DNA of 64,000 nt, taken from assembly GCA_964019335.1 (NCBI GenBank), contig OZ025659.1, positions 744,001 to 808,000 of the forward strand, in the 5' to 3' direction. The position numbers and the translations under genes are program-made. Origin of the DNA: Diplonema japonicum (lineage: Eukaryota; Protista; Euglenozoa: Diplonemea). Below are positions 56,970-64,000 of the stretch, in pieces. Within the stretch, counting starts at the first letter, position 1; every line of letters begins with the position of its first letter. The notes under the pieces were generated by a model, which was not told the DNA's origin, did no database searches, and worked only from the letters and a program-made list of their open reading frames with translations.

Positions 56970-57160
56970 ATACCTTCTCGGCCTTTTGGCTAAGATCAAG
57001 TGTAGTATCTGTTCTTATCAGCTTAATATCTGATACAGCACCTCGTGTGCTGCGATATTAAACTAATTTGTCGTTGGGGGTGGCAGGTAGCTCAGGGCAA
57101 CCTGAGTCTGTCCACAGGTGTTGCCCTGGAGCTGCACAACATCCAGGAGTGGCACACCCT
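56970..57160 (+). ncRNA. U2: U2 snRNA
   Basis: ATACCTTCTCGGCCTTTTGGCTAAGATCAAGTGTAGTATCTGTTCTTATCAGCTTAATATCTGATA, 3' stem-loops, then a T-tract. Confidence 0.97.
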
Positions 57161-59943
57161 ACTCTTCTTTTTTAAAATCCACTAACTCAAACGCATAATT
57201 CACGTTGTTAACTTGGTAAAACCGCACTTCGCATTTCCGCAATAGGTACACAGAGTGCGTCCTGTCCTCGAAATCAACCAAAGAAGAAGGACCGTCTGGA
57301 CTTTTTTAGGGCGAACCGACGGTCGGGCAAGGCCGCCGTTCATGCGCTAGCTGAAGAACACCGAGCGGTCTGGAGGACAAATTCTCGCACACAAAACTAG
57401 CGACGGCCGGGGTCGTCGAAGCGGAGAGGGAGTGGACTCCAGAAACCATGATACGAGTATGCAGGCACGTACCGAGGAGCCTAAAACCGCGGAGGAGCTC
57501 GGGGATCACATGCGTTTTGTCCGGTTCGCCCTCATCCTCGACTTCGACAACACGTGGATCATGGCCAAGCTTGACTTGGAAGGCTGGAAGGCGAAGAGGG
57601 ACGTCGATAGACGACAACAGTACACGCGGCCTGGAAATAGGAGAGCCTTAAAGGATCACTACTCCATGGCGACTGACTGGCTGTTCTTCTCGACGCTGCA
57701 ATGGCACAACATCAGTTACTCCCGCCGTTTACCCGCGCTTGTGTTGTTCAAGCAACTTCTCAAGCTGCTTCTGAGCAGTTCATACTTTTTTAAATCCAGC
57801 GATGCATTGAGAGCACCCATGCATCCAAGGGGAAAATTCAGTCCTGGATGGTAGGCTCGAATCCAGACCCAGTGGTCTTTTCACTTTCGGAGGGCACAAC
57901 ACCGACCCCCCCCTTTTGGAAGGATAGAGAAAATCAGCCGGGATGTGTAGGCAGCATCCTGAAACACCCAGCTTTGGGGGGGCAAGCGACGATGTGGAAC
58001 TGGGTCGTTCCTGTGTGGGGATCGGAGGCGCAGTGTGCTGTGCTGATGTTCTGTCCTGGTTAGTCCGGTGTGCTCAGTGCAGGCTTGTCGCAAGACTCGT
58101 CGACACAGAGCTTGAAGAGGGACGAACCGGGCCAGGCTGGCCATCAGAGCAGCTCCTAGTTCCCGCAACGGACAGTTCCAGGATAGCAGAACTGAGCAGT
58201 GCCTGTGTCTCTGCCACTCAGACTACCTGAACCGCATCGCCCATCTTTTTTGCTTGCTTGCTTTTTTATATTGGTGAGAGTGGTTCAGCTACCGCCGCGC
58301 ATTTCAGTTCCGCGAAGTTGCGAATGTTGGGGACGCTGCCGAGAAGCGAGAAGTCCGAGATCACAGCGCCGTGGCATGGACAAGCTTCCCCAAAGACATT
58401 CCGGAGGCAGAAGTCTGCATCACGGGACAAGCGGGCCCTAGTCTCTAGAAAGACTCCAGCTGCAGCCGAGCCCCAGCAACAACCAAGGAGGGCGCTCGAC
58501 GACAACGGAGAGGTACAGATCTCAACAACGGCCACTACCAAGCAGTTGCTAGGAAGATCATGCACACCTCCTCCGGACTGACGGTGGGCGTCGTACTTTC
58601 GTGCAAAGGAATTTTGCTACTTTGTTCTTTTTGGTCTTCGTTATGTCTATCCTGATCGGACGTTTTCCCTGTGGTTTCTGGGCAAAAACAGCAGGGACAG
58701 CCACTTTGCTGTGCTCTCTCGTGTTTGGCTTTGGGTGCCTCGTTCCACAACAATTAAAACTGTGGAACAAATAGCTAACATCACCAATACGATACGGTGC
58801 ACCGTGCATGTAGTTACTGATGTCTTTAGCCCGTACAAAAAGAAAATTCTTGAGTTTCCAGATTTTACAGGTGCATATGAGCTCAGGAGCACACCGGAGG
58901 GTGTATTTGCTACGTGCGCATCCACGAGCAAGAAAGAACTAAAGTACATCATCAAACTCGATGCAGACAGGGCAGAGAAAAGGCCCCCAGTCTGTGAATC
59001 TCGTGATGAGTATGAGGACGTTCCTGATAGCCTTCCAGGACTTGAAAAACGAGAAAGAATAGTACGGGTTTGCGGAAGTAACCAAATTACAAAAATACTC
59101 GACACCCCCCATGACAAGCCCAAAGCACCAAGTACACCTACGAATGAGCCTCTTAAAACCCCCCAAAATGCAGTAGAAGGCCTAATAGTATGAAAAAGAA
59201 ACGAGATCGCCCACCCAGCAGCAGTGCATCTCAGCCGCAGAAGATTAGGAAATGAAGGTTTCCACTTCCAACATCATTTCAGCCACCTTCTAGTAGTGAG
59301 TTCCGCTATTTCTTGCTATTGAAAGCATACTCTCTGACTTTACCAAAACCACTAAAACCCGATTTTGACCCTAAAACTGAATTTTTCATAGGTCAAAAGC
59401 ACTCTCGAGCGATTTCTGACCCGGGTTCTTTCCTCATATGGGCCGGGGAATATAGAGAATCTTTTTTTAAAGGGGGTGGCATGCCCAAAGATGCAACGAA
59501 AGTGTCAATTGGCCTCATTTTTTTTGGGGGGGGTTTGAAATCAACCCATATTAAAATCAGTCCAAGTCACGAAGTACATGTGGAGTCGCCCTCACAGAAG
59601 AGCCTTTTATGCACATCTTACTTGAGCAGACGTCAGACATGATATATCGACCAAATGATAATAATACAAAGATCCTTTCTTCATACGGAATTAAGGGCAC
59701 TAGTAAACAAGGGTGTTACAAGAAGTGTGCGGCTTTGCAGGAGGAAAGGTGGGGAGCTTGAGGCTGTACATTAGTGAGTACGCGACGTGTGGTTGTCTGC
59801 TGGTCAGAGGATGGGACATCCGTATCAGTAATCCATCTTTCGATAGGTCTTGAAATCGAAGGGTGACATGCAGATTACGCCTACGCTGGCGGTTTGTGTT
59901 ACGGTACAATAGTAATAGGCCAATTTTTGCTCGGTTCAGTTGT

Positions 59944-60097
59944 GGGGCAACTTGTATTGTAGGAGACTTCAAAATACCAGGGAGGAGCGAGTGGCCGCGC
60001 CAGGTTTGAGAAGGCCTGATTAGAGATGGTGACAGTGGCAATGCCAGCGACAGCAGCAGCTCTTAGTCAACAAAAGGGGGGGGCAACTTGTATTGTA
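59944..60097. repeat. 18-bp direct repeat GGGGCAACTTGTATTGTA (59944-59961 and 60080-60097)
   Basis: Exact duplicate flanking 118 nt. Confidence 0.75.
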
Positions 60098-60198
60098 ACC
60101 TTTGTTTCCCCTCTCTTGTTGTACCCCTTGTTTCCTTTATGTACCTCGTGGTGAAGTAACTTCAGTGTGTCGTGAAATAATAACTATTTATATAACTC

Positions 60199-60908
60199 GA
60201 GCCGGGTTTTCAAGGGTGGGAGTGAAAATAATATTTTACATTATGTCACTCCCAGCTTTATTTTCACTCCCAGTTTACCTTGAATTAGGCCCAGGAGTGA
60301 AATAATGTTCGAGCGTGAAATAATGTAACATTATTCCACTCCTGGGCCTAATTTCACCTATTTCACCTATTTTTACAATGGGAAGCCGAAGGCAAAAGGC
60401 GAAGGGTACAAAGGCAGAGGCGTCGAAGATCATGAACGTTAGCTTGCCATGAAAAGCACCAGCACTTACGAAGCAGAGTGGCACCGCTTTTGCTCTTTTC
60501 ACAACTTCAGAACAACAAGATCGAAAAGCCCGATGGAAGACGAGTTAGTATTGTATTTCCAAGATATGAAGGACAATTTGGGCAAGTTACAGCAAGATCA
60601 ACGCCATCATCCAACGAAACTTCGGTAAAAAAATGCAGAGCTTTCCCAGGGTTGCACTGCTTTTGAAGCGCTTTGAAGAAGGCCATGAGGTGAAAAAAGC
60701 TTCGGTGTTCAGTCAGGAACAAATGAAAGAGTATCTGGCAATGAAAATCAGCGACCCCTACAACATAGTGTGTCAGGCATATGCAGCTTGCATGTTTGCA
60801 GAACAAAAGAGTCGCACAAACTGAAATTTAGCGACTACACCCTGTAACCCAAATCCCACTTTTCACCTGTTGTAACCCTGTAACCTCCCACCCTTTCAAA
60901 CCCGGCTC
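60199..60908 (+). mobile_element. Non-autonomous TIR-bounded element carrying a disrupted Crypton-like tyrosine recombinase N-terminal fragment
   Basis: 24-bp inverted repeats at 60199-60222 and 60885-60908 (22/24 match), with internal palindromes. Fragmented ORF: LP*KS..YE.EW..F...EDELVLYF...WASYSKIN...QSFPRVALLLKRFEEGHEVKKASVFS. Confidence 0.65.
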
Positions 60909-61109
60909 TTGTCATCAGTAAAGTCATTACTTGTTGGCAGTAAATAGCATTAGTATCCCTCTGCAGAAAGTAACTGAAGAAAAAGGAGGGGTTTATGGTA
61001 CGATCTGTTATAATCTGACGATTATGCTGGAGCGAGGTCGGTATTGTCTTCCTATAATCCATGCAGATGTGTCACCACGCAGGCCCTTTTGGGTATCACC
61101 TCTTAAAAC

Positions 61110-64000
61110 TTTTTTTTTTTTTTTTTTCAAAATACCAATGCAGGGCCGCCATGGAGAGCAACACCTGAGAAAAGGGAAAAAAGGTGAAGGGAAACCATGG
61201 GGAAATAGGGAGGGCAAAGGACCAGGCTTCTGCAAGCAGGAGGAGCCCTGGTCCCCCACCAACCCGTGCTCTGCTTTGGGACAGCCGAAGAGGGCTGAAT
61301 TACATTATTCCCCAGTCAAGTGAGAGAAAAACGGGGGCCTACCTTCCAGCTGGATGTCCTTCTTTGGCTGGAACCTCCGGCGGAAAGCCCCCCCAGGGAG
61401 GTATTGCTCCTATTGAGCGAATCATTGGTGAGTGTGAAAAAAAAGGGGAAATGGGAAACAGTGAGAGGAAGAGGGGAAGGAAGGGAAAGGAAAGTGGGAA
61501 ACACAACATTTCATCTTACACACACACGCGGGGTGATCCCTTAGCGCAACACGGGGGTCGCGGGACCGGCGTCAAGAGAGACCGGAGGAGGGGGCGGCAC
61601 GTTTGAAGGTGCAGTGACGTCTGTAGACGCCAGGGATGATGGCGAGGTGAACAGTCCGGAGCGTGACCAGGCGAGCAGGCCAGACTCAACAATGAGGTCG
61701 TAGATCTGGGTCACGCGTCTCGACAGGGAGAACGCTAGGGAGGGAGTACCAGCAGGAGTGTCGATCGCCCCCCTCCCGATCACAGGGCACCCACCGACAA
61801 CATGCTCCCTGGACATCGGCGCGTGGCAGGCTGGGCACCGGAGCACACCCTTGTGCTTCCTGTTCGGGCCAGCAGTCTGCAGGAAGCCGAAGAAGAGAGC
61901 CGAGTGACCAATCCGCAGCCGCGAGATGACCGTTTCAGCCTGTCTGGGGAAGCCAAGGGGGAAGTGCGCGGACCGAAGCTCGGTCGCCACCGCGTAGTTG
62001 TGGGCGAGGGATGTTATGAGCTCCGCGGACCTCCGCACCACCCACCGTCGCACCATGGCCCTCACTGATCGGTAGTCAAGGGAGGGCCTGTCCTGCTTCC
62101 GCTTCGTTCCCTCCCCGGCCAGAGCGTCAGCCTTCTCGTTCCCGTCCACCCACAGTGGGAGGGCACAAACTGGAGGACCACCGGTGTCCCCTGCGTGCGC
62201 GCCGCGGACACCAGCCGGCTCCACGTCTGGTGGTCGAGCTTCTCCCTCTGTCGCGTTGGGCCAGCTCGCAGCTGCTCGACGAAGGAGAGGGAGTCGGTGC
62301 AGATCGACAGCGGGGACTTCGCCAGCGAAGGGTGTGTTTTTCGGAGGGTGGCCACCATATCCAGCGCCGTTTTCACAGCCATGCCCTGCCCGAAAAGATG
62401 AACAGAAGTCGTTGACGCCATGGCACACAGACACAGGGGTCAGGGGGGGAGGCAGCTGCAGATAAACCCCAGAGCCACCTTTCGCCTTCTGTCCGACCTG
62501 CACAACCGAGCCATCCGTGTAGGCATGGATGCCCGGGGGGAGGGCCGCAAGAGCAGCCTCGGCCGCCTTCCGCCTGTCCGCGTCTGGCGACGATCGCGTG
62601 ACCCCGCCGGGAAGGTCAGTCCTGAAGTCGACCATGCCTGTCTGCCACGGGGCCGCCAGGGGCGTAGCCGACAGGTACTCGAAGTGCACCTTTGGTTCCA
62701 ACCCGCATCGACGCAGTGCTTGGTAGCCAGAGCGCAGCCACCCACACCCCAGCCTGTTCGCCTGCTTCAGCTTGACCGTCTCCCTGTGAACCGGGGAGGA
62801 CTGCCAGCAGAAGGCCTTCGCCGTCATCGTCGCCGCAGCACCCTCCGCCATTCTTTCGAGGGGAAGCAGTCCTGCCTCAGCTAGGAGCTTGTACCCTCCG
62901 GAGCCACTCCAGCAGCCCGTGATCAGCACCGCCGCCTCCTGGTGAAGCCCAGCCAGGTCCTTCCTCCCGACATCATCGAGCCTGCTGTAGTAGACCCCCA
63001 TGCAGTAGCGCAGCAGTGGGAGGATGTACGTAACGTAGAGAGACCGCAGAGTGTCCCTCTTGCTGCCCCAGGACGTGCCAGACAAGAGCTTCGGCACCCT
63101 CAGCCTTTTGCTGGCCCGCCGTAGGATGTCCTGTGCGTGTTCACCGAACGTGAGCCCAGAGTCCACCGTAACCCCAAGGTACCTCGCGTGTTCAGACAGA
63201 GGCAGGGGACGGGCCGCAACGTAATCCACGTCGGGCCGTCGCACGGCTGCATGCATGTCCCGCACGCAGCGGATCCGCACACCACCCGCCTCCACAACCT
63301 GAAGGCCCGCCAGCTCCTGGTCCCCGGAGATCGTGCCATCGGCGTTCACCCCCAGGCCGAAGAGCGGGTTCTGGAAGGCACCTGGCTGAGGGGACTCGAG
63401 ACGAAGTGAAGTAGACCCCGAGACGTTTCTGGGGGGGGACGCAGACTGCCTGCGTCTTGGACGTGCTCAGCAGCATGTCACGCTCCCTGCACCAGTCCTC
63501 AACCGCATCCACCACTGCCTGCGCCTTCCGCTCCAGCCCAGCCACGTCCCCTTGTCCAGAGGAGATCACGACTGCCACGTCGTCGGCGTAGAGCACCGAG
63601 ACGTCCGCCAGTCCCTCCAGTCTCCTGGCGAGTTCGTCGACGTAGATGGTGTACAGGATGGGACCCAAGACAGAGCCCTGGGGGACACCCCGTCGCACCT
63701 TCGTCGTCGACCCCCTCGACCGTCCAATCGTGACCGCAGCAGTACGGCCGCATAGAAAGGACCGCGTCCACTCCACGAAGGGTTCGGGGAGACCCTTCCC
63801 TCGCATCTTGTCCAGCAGGGCACCATGGGGCACCAGGTCGAAGGCAGAAGAGAAGTCGAACAGCAGTGCGGCCGAGAGACGTCGATCGTCTTTGTTCCTC
63901 GACATGCACTCAGTGAGGGTTGCCACCTGCTCCTCCGTGGAGCGGCCGCGTCTGAAACCAGCCTGGCTGTCGTGGAGTCCCTCGACTCCCGTCCCGTCCG
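61110..64000 (-). mobile_element. Non-LTR retrotransposon of the ingi/L1Tc/I-like group (RT + RNase H + CCHC-like knuckle), frameshifted, with poly(A) tail; 5' part outside the window
   Basis: QAGFRRGRST, DFSSAFD, GVPQGSVLGP, YADD and YLGV motifs. RNase H motifs YTDGS, CTDSLS, VPSHCG and GNEKADALA; CPACH..H..C knuckle. 18 T at 61110-61127 reads as poly(A) on the minus strand. Confidence 0.92.

Noticed and set aside
57840-57870. GGCTCGAATCC as a tRNA T-loop or B box
   Set aside because: Imperfect box, with no A box or cloverleaf.
59236-59250. GCAGAAGATTAG resembling the U6 core
   Set aside because: Lacks ACAGAGA, the AGC triad and the ISL.
1-64000. CRISPR array, rRNA, canonical tRNA or SL RNA gene
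   Set aside because: None recognised by eye; a covariance-model scan would be needed to exclude divergent ones.

Overview
Gene-dense eukaryotic protist DNA, most consistent with a euglenozoan, probably diplonemid-like. That placement is an inference from gene organisation, not a database match. Bases 1-54359 hold about 27 protein genes, all on the + strand, often only 40-90 nt apart. Most start codons sit just downstream of a CAG acceptor-like site. About 22 tiny cis-introns (31-47 nt) can be reconstructed, and all begin GTAT (20 GTATG). Recognisable genes include an NRPS-like A-T-ankyrin fragment, SNM1/PSO2, a DEAH helicase, a BART-domain protein, an MFS transporter, TatD, a YHM2-like carrier, URI1, two RPS12 copies, a FetB/STAR2-like permease, eIF3d, MetAP1 and a DHHC-like PAT. 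One gene fuses flavocytochrome b2 to a bacterial-type di-heme SdhC (b558) membrane domain. After 54.4 kb the array gives way to a non-coding RNA and transposon zone. It contains a U1 snRNA whose 5' arm (ACAUACCUG) is perfectly complementary to the GUAUG donors, and a U2 snRNA. Both share a B-box-like element exactly 121 nt upstream. Also present are a tRNA-like A/B-box element, an HDV-like ribozyme core, a TIR-bounded tyrosine-recombinase relic and a frameshifted ingi/I-like non-LTR retrotransposon. The best leads are the lactate dehydrogenase-SdhC fusion, the co-adapted U1/GUAUG splicing system with its promoter, and the HDV-like ribozyme.
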